NCBI GenBank assembly: GCA_021778515.1
Contig: JAJYCJ010000005.1
Location: forward strand, 1,341-65,340
Reading direction: 5' to 3'
DNA: 64,000 nt
DNA from: Acidobacteriota bacterium
GTDB taxonomy: Bacteria > Acidobacteriota > UBA4820 > DSQY01
Below, piece after piece: positions 35,694 to 44,413 of the stretch. The position numbers were made by a program, and so were the translations under genes. Position 1 is the first letter of the stretch. Each line of letters starts with the position of its first letter. The notes beneath the pieces are model-generated. The model was not told where the DNA came from and did no database searches. It saw nothing but the letters and a program-made list of their open reading frames with translations.

Positions 35694-36319
35694 CCCAAAT
35701 CCCGCGATTGGAGATGCACCTATCGATGAAAGGCCAGCGTGGCCATCTTCCCCTGGGAAACGGAGTTCACCCCCCAAGGGATTTCGGGCGCCTCCGACCC
35801 CGGACTTGATCCGGGGGAGGAAGCCCCAAGGGTGGGGTGGGGCCCCAACGGGCTTTGCCCGTGGGGTGGGGCCCCGGAGGACAACACGACGATTCGGCAG
35901 GCTTGGCCTGCGAATCGGAAAGCCCAAATCCCGCGATTGGACATGGGAGTGGCTCCGAAAGACAGATGGAGGGTAGTTCCCGTGAAAGACGGTCTTCACC
36001 CGCGAAGGGATTTGGGTGGCCTCCGAACCCGGCCCAGGCCGGGCGAGGAAGCCCCAAGGGTGGGGCGGGGCCCCGGAGGACAACACGACGATTCGGCAGG
36101 CTTGGCCTGCGAATCGGAGGAGGAAGCCCATGGCCCTCCCCGTCCAAGAGACAATGCCTTTCCCCCGTGTGTCCGAAACCTGGCCGAAGCCACCCGTATT
36201 TCAATCGCGGAATTTGGGGAAAGAGAAGCCCTTGGCCCTCCCCACCCAAGAGACAAAGCCCTTCCCCGTACACCCGAAACCCGGCCGAAGCCTCCCGCGG
36301 TTCAATCGCGGAATCTGGG
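35694..36319. mobile_element. MITE copy A (outer; interrupted by copy B)
   Basis: Terminal inverted repeats CCCAAATCCCGCGATTG / CAATCGCGGAATCTGGG; flanks TTGTA/TTGCA (5-bp TSD with 1 mismatch); no transposase. Confidence 0.8.
35923..36218. mobile_element. MITE copy B (296 bp, nested in copy A)
   Basis: TIRs CCCAAATCCCGCGATTG / CAATCGCGGAATTTGGG; exact GAAAG duplication at 35918-22 and 36219-23; internal modules homologous to copy A. Confidence 0.85.
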
Positions 36320-36376
36320 TTGCAGGATCCCGCCTTTCGGGAGGCAACGGCACACCGCTTACCCCCGGCGACGGAG

Positions 36377-36385
36377 TGTTATAAT
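36377..36385 (+). promoter_or_regulatory. Extended -10 promoter for the lipoprotein-dapF operon
   Basis: TGTTATAAT followed by GGAGG and the GTG start. Confidence 0.65.
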
Positions 36386-36406
36386 GCCTCTGGGAGGTCC
36401 GTTGCC

Positions 36407-36586
36407 GTGCGGAATCGGCTCTTTGCCCTCATCCTGCTGGCGATCTTCGTCATCCTGCTTTCCTCCTGCGGACGAAAGGGGGATCCTAGCCCCAGGCGGG
36501 ACCTGCACCGCCAGGTGAACCCGCCCTCCTCTGCCGCTCCGCTGGCCAAACCCTCCGATGGCCCCCAATCCCGCGGTGGAGCATGA
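36407..36586 (+). CDS. Small lipoprotein, LptM/YifL/LppL-like
   Basis: MRNRLFALILLAIFVILLSSC-GRKGDP: lipobox plus CGxKG motif; located upstream of dapF as yifL/lppL are in Proteobacteria. Confidence 0.8.
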   Translation: MRNRLFALILLAIFVILLSSCGRKGDPSPRRDLHRQVNPPSSAAPLAKPSDGPQSRGGA

Positions 36587-36823
36587 GGCTAGCTGCGGAA
36601 GGCCGGACAGGCCAGGGACCGGCGAGAACGGCGTTTCACTCGCCAAGGGATTGGTGGCCCCCGTGCCGAAGGCAAAGAGGGCTCCAAGGGAGAGGTGGGG
36701 TCCCATCGGGCTTTGCCCGTGGGGCGGGGAGGGAATGCCCCTCCCCGTCTAGGAGAAAATGGCTCTCCCCCGTGAACCCGAACGGCCGCCGGAGGTACCC
36801 ATGTTTCCACCGGGGAATTTCCG
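36563..36823. mobile_element. MITE copy C (diverged), inserted at the dapF start codon
   Basis: Degenerate TIRs CCCCAATCCCGCGGTGG / CCACCGGGGAATTTCCG; ATGGC on both flanks (36558-62, 36824-28); shares the TTCAC..AAGGGATT, CGGGCTTTGCCCGTGGGG and CCCTCCCCGTC..CCCCCGTG modules. Confidence 0.75.
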
Positions 36824-37666
36824 ATGGCTGAGGACCTCGAGTTCTACAAGATCACGGGAGCCGGCAACGACTTCATCTTGGGCGACAACCGCCACGGGCG
36901 ATGGGCCGCTCATCCCCTCGAACGGCTCTCCCGTGGGCTGTGCCGTCGCGCCCTGTCGGTGGGCGCGGACGGCCTGATCCTCATCGAGAACTCCAACCGG
37001 GCCCGCTTCCGGATTCGGATCTTCAACAGCGACGGCACGCAGACCCGCATGTGCGGGAACGGCGCCCGCTGCGCGGCCCGATTCGCCTTTCTCAAGGTCA
37101 TCGCCGGCCGTCAGATGACCATGGAGACGCCATCGGGCGTCCTGGAGGCCGAAATTCTCCCCAACGGCGCCGTCCGCGTGGAGATCCCGGGCTTGGCGGA
37201 GAACCCGCGCAGGCTGGAGATCACCGGCGGCGGGCGGCGAATTCCTTGCCTCCTGACCCACACCGGCGTGCCACACGCCGTGGTGTTCGTGAAAGACGTG
37301 GAGAAGGTCCCGGTCGCGAGCCTGGGAGCCTTGCTTCGACGGGCCCCCGAATTGGGCGCCGAGGGCGCCAACGTGGATTTCGTTTCCGCAGAAGACGGCC
37401 CCCCCTTCCCCTTGCGGACCTTCGAACGGGGAGTGGAGGGCGAGACGCTGGCCTGTGGCACGGGCGTCACGGCGGCGGCGTGGGTCCTGCGACACCTCGG
37501 CAGAGCTGGGGACCGAGTGGAGATGAGAGTTCGCTCGGGCCAGGTGCTCGCCGTCGAGATCGATCCATCCAGGGTGGGCAAGCCCCTGTTCCGGCTCACC
37601 GGGGAGGCGCGCGTGGTCTACCGGGGCTACCTCTCGCAAGAATCCCTCTTGGAGGCGCTGGCATGA
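36824..37666 (+). CDS. dapF: Diaminopimelate epimerase
   Basis: KITGAGNDF, GADGLI, NSDG..MCGNGARC, TGVPH, RTFERGVEGETLACGTG. Confidence 0.96.
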   Translation: MAEDLEFYKITGAGNDFILGDNRHGRWAAHPLERLSRGLCRRALSVGADGLILIENSNRARFRIRIFNSDGTQTRMCGNGARCAARFAFLKVIAGRQMTMETPSGVLEAEILPNGAVRVEIPGLAENPRRLEITGGGRRIPCLLTHTGVPHAVVFVKDVEKVPVASLGALLRRAPELGAEGANVDFVSAEDGPPFPLRTFERGVEGETLACGTGVTAAAWVLRHLGRAGDRVEMRVRSGQVLAVEIDPSRVGKPLFRLTGEARVVYRGYLSQESLLEALA

Positions 37667-38391
37667 CGTTCGGACGGGTGTTCTGGCTCGGGCGTGAACT
37701 GGACGTGACTCGGGACGAGGAGGGCAGGATCTGGACGGTGGATCACCGGGAGGTGCCGCTCTCCGAGGCCGAACTCATGGCACCCGTGGTTCCAAGCAAG
37801 ATCGTGTGCATCGGCCGCAACTACCGCGAGCACGCCAAGGAGCTGGGCAATCCGATGCCCTCGGAACCCCTTCTCTTTCTCAAGGCCCCCTCGTCGGTCC
37901 TCGCACCCAACGGGACCATCGAACTCCCTCCCGAGTCCGGCCAGGTGGAATACGAAGGCGAGATAGCCCTGGTCATGGCCCGCGCCTGCCGAAGACTTGG
38001 CCCCCAGGAGGACCCCCTGGCCTACGTCGCGGGAGTGACTCCATTGAACGACGTCACCGCCAGAGACCTGCAGAAGAGGGACGTGCAGTTCACCCGCGCG
38101 AAATCCTTCGACACCTTCTGCCCCTTCGGCCCGTGGGTGGTGCCCATCGCGGATCCGCAGGAGCTCTCGGTGCGGACCACCCTCAATGGGGCCGTGGTTC
38201 AGGAAGGATGGGCGCGGGACATGGCCTTTTCCATTCCTCTCTTGATCCGCACGATCTCCCACGTGATGACGCTGTTTCCTGGCGACGTGATCGCCACCGG
38301 GACTCCTTCGGGTGTCGGCAGGCTGGCCGCGCGGGACCGGGTCTGCGTGGAGGTCGCCGGGGTCCGCCTGGAGAACGTCGTGGGGGGCTGA
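37663..38391 (+). CDS. Fumarylacetoacetate hydrolase family protein
   Basis: PSKIVCIGRNYREH, FLKAPSS, EYEGE, NDVTARDLQ, AKSFDTFCPFGP, GDVIATGTPSGVG. Confidence 0.93.
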   Translation: MTFGRVFWLGRELDVTRDEEGRIWTVDHREVPLSEAELMAPVVPSKIVCIGRNYREHAKELGNPMPSEPLLFLKAPSSVLAPNGTIELPPESGQVEYEGEIALVMARACRRLGPQEDPLAYVAGVTPLNDVTARDLQKRDVQFTRAKSFDTFCPFGPWVVPIADPQELSVRTTLNGAVVQEGWARDMAFSIPLLIRTISHVMTLFPGDVIATGTPSGVGRLAARDRVCVEVAGVRLENVVGG

Positions 38392-38394
38392 GGC

Positions 38395-39942
38395 ATGGTG
38401 CGAGCCAGAACCGGGCCCCACGGCACGATAGACCCATACGCCCACCTCCAGGCTCTGGCGGACGCCTGCGATTGCGCCGTCATGGCCTGCCTGGGTGACG
38501 GGAAGGTCGCGGCCGCCAACGGCGAGGCGGAGAGGCTTCTGGGATGGGCCCGGCACGAGCTGATCGGCCGCCGCCTGGCCTCGGAACTGGCCCTCTTGCC
38601 GGAGGAACCGTCCCATCCGGGCGGCACCGCCGCCCCTACCGAGGAGCGCCTCCCGCTGAAGCTGAGAGACGGGACCCGCAGGACCTTCTCGGTCCGGATC
38701 GCCTCCCTGCCGGCAGAGGTTTCGGGGGGGGCAGCCATACTCTGGATCGGCATTCGGGATCCCGACACGGCGGGGCTGAAGGAGCGGTTGCGGGACCTCA
38801 ACGGCCAGCTCGGCGTCTTTCTCGACCACACGACGGACGTGATCTTTCGGCTGGATCCTCGCGGGCGCCTGACCTTCGCTAATCCAGCCGCACGAACCGT
38901 CCTGGGCCATGACCCCGCACTGTGGATAGGCCGTGAGCTGGAGCTCGCGCAGTTTCTCCCTCCCGAGGAGATTCACCGACTCAACCTGGACCGGTCCGTC
39001 CGGCTTCTTCGGGAGGGATTCAAGAACCGCCTCCTCCAGGTTCGCCGGAGGGACGGGAGCATCTTCTGGGGGCTTCTCACGCTGGCCCCGACGCGGTACA
39101 GGAACCGCCGCTCGCTCCTGGGCATACTCCGGGACGTCAGCGAGTTCTACCACACCCGGGAGGCCCTCGTGCAGCAGCACTTGGAGCTCCAGCAGACGGT
39201 CGCCCAGCTGGAGGAGGCGGGCCGCCTGCAGGAGCAGTTCGTGGCGAATGTCACTCACGAGCTGCGCACGCCGGTCACGGCGATCCTCATCGCGTGCGAG
39301 GTTCTCCAGCGGGACCTCCGCGAACCTCCGAGGGATCAGGAGGGGCGCCACCTCGCCCTCATTCACCGAAACGCCACCACCCTCCTGGGCACCATCAACG
39401 GCCTGCTGGACCTGGCCAAGCTCAAGAGAAACGCCTTCCTGCCCCGACCCTATCCCTTTCCGCTGCGGCCATTCCTCGATGGGGTCGCTGAGGAGGTGGA
39501 ACCGCTCTTCGTGCAGAAGGGGCTGGCACTCAGCCGCGATTTCCCGCTCGATCTGCCCGAGCAGATCTCGTCCGACCCGGAACTGTTGCACAAGGTGCTG
39601 ATCAATCTGCTGAGCAACGCCTTCAAGTTCACCCGGCAGGGCGGAGCCGCTTTCTCCGTGCGATGGAGCGACCGCCTCCTGCGCGTGAGCGTGGCCGATT
39701 CGGGCCCTGGCATCCCCAGGGATCAGCTCGGCCTCATCTTCCAGGAATTTCGCCAGGTGGACGGGTCCGACTCCAGGGCCTACCCCGGAAGCGGCCTGGG
39801 GCTCGCCATCGCGGATAGCCTCACGCGGCTGCTGGGCGGGACCATCGAGGTGACTTCCGTTCCGGGCGAGGGGTCCGTCTTCACGGTCATTCTGCCGCTG
39901 GCGCCTCCGGCCCGGAGGCGCCTGGTCCAGGAGACCGCATGA
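38395..39942 (+). CDS. Cytoplasmic PAS-domain sensor histidine kinase
   Basis: Two PAS-like regions; THELRTP H-box, NLLSNAFKFT, DSGPGI, GSGLGLAI. Confidence 0.92.
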   Translation: MVRARTGPHGTIDPYAHLQALADACDCAVMACLGDGKVAAANGEAERLLGWARHELIGRRLASELALLPEEPSHPGGTAAPTEERLPLKLRDGTRRTFSVRIASLPAEVSGGAAILWIGIRDPDTAGLKERLRDLNGQLGVFLDHTTDVIFRLDPRGRLTFANPAARTVLGHDPALWIGRELELAQFLPPEEIHRLNLDRSVRLLREGFKNRLLQVRRRDGSIFWGLLTLAPTRYRNRRSLLGILRDVSEFYHTREALVQQHLELQQTVAQLEEAGRLQEQFVANVTHELRTPVTAILIACEVLQRDLREPPRDQEGRHLALIHRNATTLLGTINGLLDLAKLKRNAFLPRPYPFPLRPFLDGVAEEVEPLFVQKGLALSRDFPLDLPEQISSDPELLHKVLINLLSNAFKFTRQGGAAFSVRWSDRLLRVSVADSGPGIPRDQLGLIFQEFRQVDGSDSRAYPGSGLGLAIADSLTRLLGGTIEVTSVPGEGSVFTVILPLAPPARRRLVQETA

Positions 39943-40002
39943 TGCACCTCCTTCTGGAGTGGCTGAAGCGGTAGGAGCGGTGGTTCGCGATGGAGGGCTG
40001 GC

Positions 40003-40788
40003 GTGGCCGGAGAGCGAAGGGTGACGGCGGTGGAGGTGGCGGCTGAGGCCGGGCCCTCAGAGGGCGGCTTTCTGACGCTCGTGCGGTTGATGTACAGGAA
40101 TCGTTACGACGACGGCACCCGCTCCAGGCCCTACCTTTACGAATACATCCACCGGCGAGGCTTCGACGCCGTGGCCATGGCGCTCTATCACGAACGGGGC
40201 GGGCATCCCCAGATGGCCTACCGGCCGGGCATCCGCGTGCCGGTTTACTTCCGGAAGGATCTTCCCCTTCCCCTGCCGGACCGGCGCGGCTATCTCTTCA
40301 TCCCCGAGGCCGTGGCCGGAAGCCTTGAACCGCAGGATCGGGGACTGGAAGGCTTCCTCGCGCGGGTGGTGGCCGAGGTCTGGGAGGAGGCCGGGCTTCG
40401 CATCGCGCCCGGCCAGGTTGAGCCGCTGGGCGGTGGGTTCTTCCCCTCGCACGGGCAATCCTCCGAGAAGATCCACCTCTGCGCGGTCCGAGTCGATCCG
40501 GACGCGGCCTCTGTGCCCGAAGGCGACGGCTCGGTGAACGAGACAGACGCGCCGCCCATCCGCTTCGAGCCGGTCCGCGAGATCCTTCTCGGGTGCGCCA
40601 GGGGGGAGATCGAAGACCCCAAGGTGGAGGTGCTCGCGTGGCGCCTCTGCCTGAGGCTCGGTTACCTGCCCGTCGAGGGGCGGTACGCGAATGCGGCGGA
40701 GCGAGCCTCTGTGGTAGGATTCCAGGACGCGATCCGTGCCGGCGGTTGGTCGGGGGGCCCGCCTGAGGAGAGAGAACCAGGGACTTGA
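40003..40788 (+). CDS. NUDIX hydrolase family protein
   Basis: EAVAGSLE..AEVWEEAG (degenerate Nudix box), FFPSHGQSSEKIHL, IEDPK. Confidence 0.8.
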   Translation: MAGERRVTAVEVAAEAGPSEGGFLTLVRLMYRNRYDDGTRSRPYLYEYIHRRGFDAVAMALYHERGGHPQMAYRPGIRVPVYFRKDLPLPLPDRRGYLFIPEAVAGSLEPQDRGLEGFLARVVAEVWEEAGLRIAPGQVEPLGGGFFPSHGQSSEKIHLCAVRVDPDAASVPEGDGSVNETDAPPIRFEPVREILLGCARGEIEDPKVEVLAWRLCLRLGYLPVEGRYANAAERASVVGFQDAIRAGGWSGGPPEEREPGT

Positions 40789-40804
40789 CTGGGAAAGGGC
40801 GCCC

Positions 40805-41776
40805 ATGAAGGACAACGTCATCTGCCGATTGCTCAAGATACGCTATCCCATCCTCGTGGGAGGGATGACCTGGGTCTCGGAGGCCGTCCTCGCGGCCGCC
40901 GTTTCCGAGGCCGGTGGGCTCGGGACCATCGCCACCGGCAACATGCCGGGGGAGCTCCTCCGAGATGAGGTGCGCAAGCTGCGCACGATCACGGACAAGC
41001 CGTTCGCGGTCAATCTGATCATGCTCTCCCCCAATTTCCGCGACTGCCTGGAGGTCGTCAAGCAGGAGAGGGTACCCGTCATCACCCTGGGCGCCGGCAA
41101 CTCGGGGCCTTTCATCGCCGATCTGAAGAAGGCGGGCGTCATCGTGATCCCCGTCGTCAACTCGGTGGCCCTGGCCAGGCGGCTGGAGCGCTCCGGCGCC
41201 GATGCGATCGTGGCCGAGGGCGAGGAGGCGGGGGGCCACATCGGCGACACCTCGACCATGCCCCTCATCCCGCAGATGGCGGACGCCCTCTCCATTCCGG
41301 TGGCGGCGGCGGGGGGGATCGCCGACGGGAGGGGCATGGCCGCGGCCTTCGCCCTCGGGGCCCAGGGCATCCAGCTGGGAACGGCCCTCGTTGTGGCCCA
41401 CGAATCGCGGGCCCACGACAATTACAAAGAGATCATCGTCAAGGCCTCCGACCGCGCCACGGCCGTGACGGGCCGGTCCATCAACAAGCCGGTCCGCGCC
41501 CTCAAGAACATGCTCACCCAGGAATTCCACGAGATGGAGGGCCAGGGGGCGCCGTGGGAGGAGATCGAGGGCCTGGCCGTGGGCAGGCTGCGCGCCGCCG
41601 TCATGGAGGGCGACGTCACGCGCGGCTCCGTGATGATGGGCCAGGTGGCCGGTCTCGTGAAACGGCGCGCGAGCGCGAAGGAGATCCTCGACGGCGTGGT
41701 GGCGGAGTTCAACGAGGTCATGGAGAAAATCGGAGGCTACCGGATCCCGGCCGGCGGCTTCCCCGCCGACCCTTGA
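40805..41776 (+). CDS. fabK: Enoyl-ACP reductase FabK / nitronate monooxygenase family
   Basis: YPILVGGMTWVS, TDKPFAVN, AEGEEAGGHIG, AAGGIADGRG, MMGQVAGLV. Confidence 0.85.
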   Translation: MKDNVICRLLKIRYPILVGGMTWVSEAVLAAAVSEAGGLGTIATGNMPGELLRDEVRKLRTITDKPFAVNLIMLSPNFRDCLEVVKQERVPVITLGAGNSGPFIADLKKAGVIVIPVVNSVALARRLERSGADAIVAEGEEAGGHIGDTSTMPLIPQMADALSIPVAAAGGIADGRGMAAAFALGAQGIQLGTALVVAHESRAHDNYKEIIVKASDRATAVTGRSINKPVRALKNMLTQEFHEMEGQGAPWEEIEGLAVGRLRAAVMEGDVTRGSVMMGQVAGLVKRRASAKEILDGVVAEFNEVMEKIGGYRIPAGGFPADP

Positions 41777-41818
41777 TCACGACCTAGAACCCTCCGCCCA
41801 CCATCGAAGGCATGCGCC

Positions 41819-42796
41819 ATGGCTCTCTACCCCTCCTATTTGAACCTCCTCTCGAACGGAGAACTGGACGGGCGGGTGCGCCTCCTGCTGGGCCGCCTGG
41901 GCCAGTGCGTCGTCTGCCCGCGCCACTGCCGGGTGAAACGCCTGAGGGACATGAAGGCCGTCTGCAACACGGGCCGCCGCGCGGAGGTGGCCTCATGGTG
42001 CGTCCATCGGGGCGAGGAGCCCTGCATCAGCGGGCAGAGGGGCTCGGGCACGGTCTTCTTCGCGCACTGCAACCTCTCCTGCCTCTTCTGCCAGAACTGG
42101 CAGATCAGCCAGGCCTGGGAGGCGGGCGAGCAGATCAAGAGCGCAAATGAGCTGGCGGAGATCTACCTCGACCTCCAGGCACAGGGGGTCCATAACCTCA
42201 ACTGGGTGAGCCCCAGCCACGTGGTCCCCCAGGCCGTCGAGGCCCTGGCCGTGGCGGCGAGGCGGGGCCTGCGGCTGCCGGTGGTCTACAACTCCAACGG
42301 GTACGACGAGCTGGACACCCTTCGCCTGCTGGACGGGATCGTGGACCTCTACCTTCCCGACCTGAAGTACACCGACGACGCGGCCGCCGACGAGCTCTCC
42401 CGCGCAGTCGGCTACGCGGCCAACGCCCAGGCTGCCATCGCCGAAATGTGGAGGCAGGTCGGCGCGCTGGAACTGGACGAGGAGGGCCAGGCCGTACGGG
42501 GCCTGTTGGTGCGCCACCTCGTCCTGCCCAACGGCCTCAGCCAGACGCGCGAGGTGTTGAGGTTTCTCGCCTCCCTCGGCCCGGACGTGGCGGTGAGCCT
42601 CATGGCCCAGTACTCGCCGCAGGGGCGGGCTTTCGACCACCCCCTCCTGGGGCGTCCGCTCCACACAGGTGAATATGCCAGCGCAGTGGAGGCTCTCGAA
42701 GAGAGCGGCATCACCGAAGGCTACGTCCAGGAGCTGACCGCCCAATCCACCTATTTGCCCGATTTCTCGGTGGAGGGGCACCCCTTCGAGCGGTAG
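41819..42796 (+). CDS. Radical SAM protein, PflX family
   Basis: CVVCPRHC, HRGEEPCISG..GSGTVFF, CNLSCLFCQN, LPDLKY, VRHLVLP. Confidence 0.9.
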   Translation: MALYPSYLNLLSNGELDGRVRLLLGRLGQCVVCPRHCRVKRLRDMKAVCNTGRRAEVASWCVHRGEEPCISGQRGSGTVFFAHCNLSCLFCQNWQISQAWEAGEQIKSANELAEIYLDLQAQGVHNLNWVSPSHVVPQAVEALAVAARRGLRLPVVYNSNGYDELDTLRLLDGIVDLYLPDLKYTDDAAADELSRAVGYAANAQAAIAEMWRQVGALELDEEGQAVRGLLVRHLVLPNGLSQTREVLRFLASLGPDVAVSLMAQYSPQGRAFDHPLLGRPLHTGEYASAVEALEESGITEGYVQELTAQSTYLPDFSVEGHPFER

Positions 42797-42805
42797 GCCC
42801 CACCT

Positions 42806-43654
42806 TCACCCGCCCTTTTCGGTCTCGTGACGGAACGAGTTCTTGCCCTCGCGCTTGGCTTCGTACATCAGCTGGTCCACCCTTTTAAGCATGGCCGTGT
42901 AGGAAGAAGGGGGGCATTCGAAGGTGACCGCTCCCACGCTCAGCGTGACCGGCCAGCCCCGAGCCTGCACCGTCTCCTGAAGGTGGCGGTGGAGGCGCGT
43001 GAGGACGAAGGGGGCCGCGTTGCCGCCGCACTCCGGAAGCAGGAGCGCGAATTCGTCCCCGCCCAGCCTCGCGAAGGCGTCGCTGGAGCGGACGCTTTCC
43101 ATCACCACTCCTGCCACGGTCTGCAGAACCGCGTCGCCGGTGGCGTGGCCAAAGCGGTCGTTGATCGCCTTGAAGTTGTCCAGGTCGGCGAAGGCCACGG
43201 TGAACGGCCGTCCGTTGCGGCCGGTGCGCCCCATTTCCCTCTCGGCCACCTCCTCGAAGGCGCGTGCGTTGAGGGCGCCGGTGAGGTGGTCGGTACGGGC
43301 GTAGCTCCGCTCCCTCTCCAGGGTCTTCCTCAGGCTGGTGGTGAGGGCCACCGCGGCGAGGAACAGCAGCAGCTCCAGAACGGCGTTCAAGAGGGGCAGG
43401 AGGCTGTGCTGGCCGGGTGCGAGGGCCAGGAACTCCGATGCGAACAGGTCCAGCACCGTGAGCACCAGGGCCAGCAGCCCGGCCCAGAGACCGACGAACC
43501 AGGAGAGCAGGACGATGGGGACGAGGTAGAGGGCCGAGAGGGAGAGGAGGGAGCCCGTCACGTAGTCCACGAAACCGACGGCCAGCAGGAGGAGGAGCCC
43601 CACGATCAACCAGACGACCTTGGCGCGCTTGCGCAGCGCCTTCTTAAGGTTCAC
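42806..43654 (-). CDS. Membrane-bound diguanylate cyclase
   Basis: N-terminal TM helices; DLDNFKAINDRFGH, RSSD I-site, RLGGDEF. Confidence 0.93.
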   Translation of the reverse strand: MNLKKALRKRAKVVWLIVGLLLLLAVGFVDYVTGSLLSLSALYLVPIVLLSWFVGLWAGLLALVLTVLDLFASEFLALAPGQHSLLPLLNAVLELLLFLAAVALTTSLRKTLERERSYARTDHLTGALNARAFEEVAEREMGRTGRNGRPFTVAFADLDNFKAINDRFGHATGDAVLQTVAGVVMESVRSSDAFARLGGDEFALLLPECGGNAAPFVLTRLHRHLQETVQARGWPVTLSVGAVTFECPPSSYTAMLKRVDQLMYEAKREGKNSFRHETEKGG

Positions 43655-44330
43655 GCTCTTCCCCCAATATGCCCCAGGATACCTCCGCCGCCGCGAAGCG
43701 CGCCATGAGCTCCGCCATCCTTCCGGCCGCCGCCTTCGCCTCCGCGGCGAGCGCGTTCGGCGCGTAGATGATCCCCATGGCGCGCCGGGTCCCGGCGTGG
43801 GTCTTCGTGGCCTGGCTGTCCTTCACCGGCGACGCGCAGGGAAGATCCGACGGCAGCCGGGCCACCAGCAGGAGATCGCGCAGGTCGATCACCTGTCCCG
43901 ACGGATTGAACGCGTACGACTCGCCCTCGCGCCCCCGCCGAACCCTGAAGGCGCATCCGCCCGCCGCGTCCACATCGACGAGGGAGATGGGGAGCAGGGT
44001 CTCCAGGGAAACCAGGTTGTTGATGTCGGCGAGGATGTTGATCCGCGGAAACCGCCCCTCCACCGCTTCCCGCAGGAGATACTCGCTCGCCGGCTTGGCC
44101 CGTCCCGTCGGCTTGTAAGCGCCGAAGCGCAGGAGATCCCTGACGGCGGCCTTGCGGGCGCCGTTCGCCGACCGCGCTTCCCCCTCGACCGCTTGCGCCA
44201 CGGCCAGGTCAAGTTGAGAAAGCAGGGGCGCGGGCGAAACGGTGACGAGGCATTCCCGGGCCTCCACCCAGCCCACGGCAACTCCTTGCTCGGCCAGTTC
44301 CAGAGAGAGCGCGTCCATGTCCTCAGCCAT
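43644..44330 (-). CDS. B3/B4 (PheRS beta editing-like) domain protein
   Basis: YKPTGRAKPASEYL, PRINILADINNLVSL, SPVKDSQATK. Confidence 0.85.
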   Translation of the reverse strand: MAEDMDALSLELAEQGVAVGWVEARECLVTVSPAPLLSQLDLAVAQAVEGEARSANGARKAAVRDLLRFGAYKPTGRAKPASEYLLREAVEGRFPRINILADINNLVSLETLLPISLVDVDAAGGCAFRVRRGREGESYAFNPSGQVIDLRDLLLVARLPSDLPCASPVKDSQATKTHAGTRRAMGIIYAPNALAAEAKAAAGRMAELMARFAAAEVSWGILGEEREP

Positions 44331-44413
44331 TGTAAGACCTTCGCGGCCGCGAAGGAACGTCTGTGGAACGGGCGGTGCGTCGCGCGGGCTGCCCACGGCC
44401 GCGGTGAGGGTCT

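Noticed and set aside
35694..36823. Possible CRISPR array or protein-coding ORFs in the repeat-rich region
   Set aside because: There are no constant-length repeats with unique spacers and no cas genes. The pattern is explained by MITE copies with TIRs and target duplications. The overlapping ORFs are repeat translations, except acyP and the lipoprotein.
39939..39974. Tiny ORF MMHLLLEWLKR after the histidine kinase
   Set aside because: It is only 11 codons long with no independent support.
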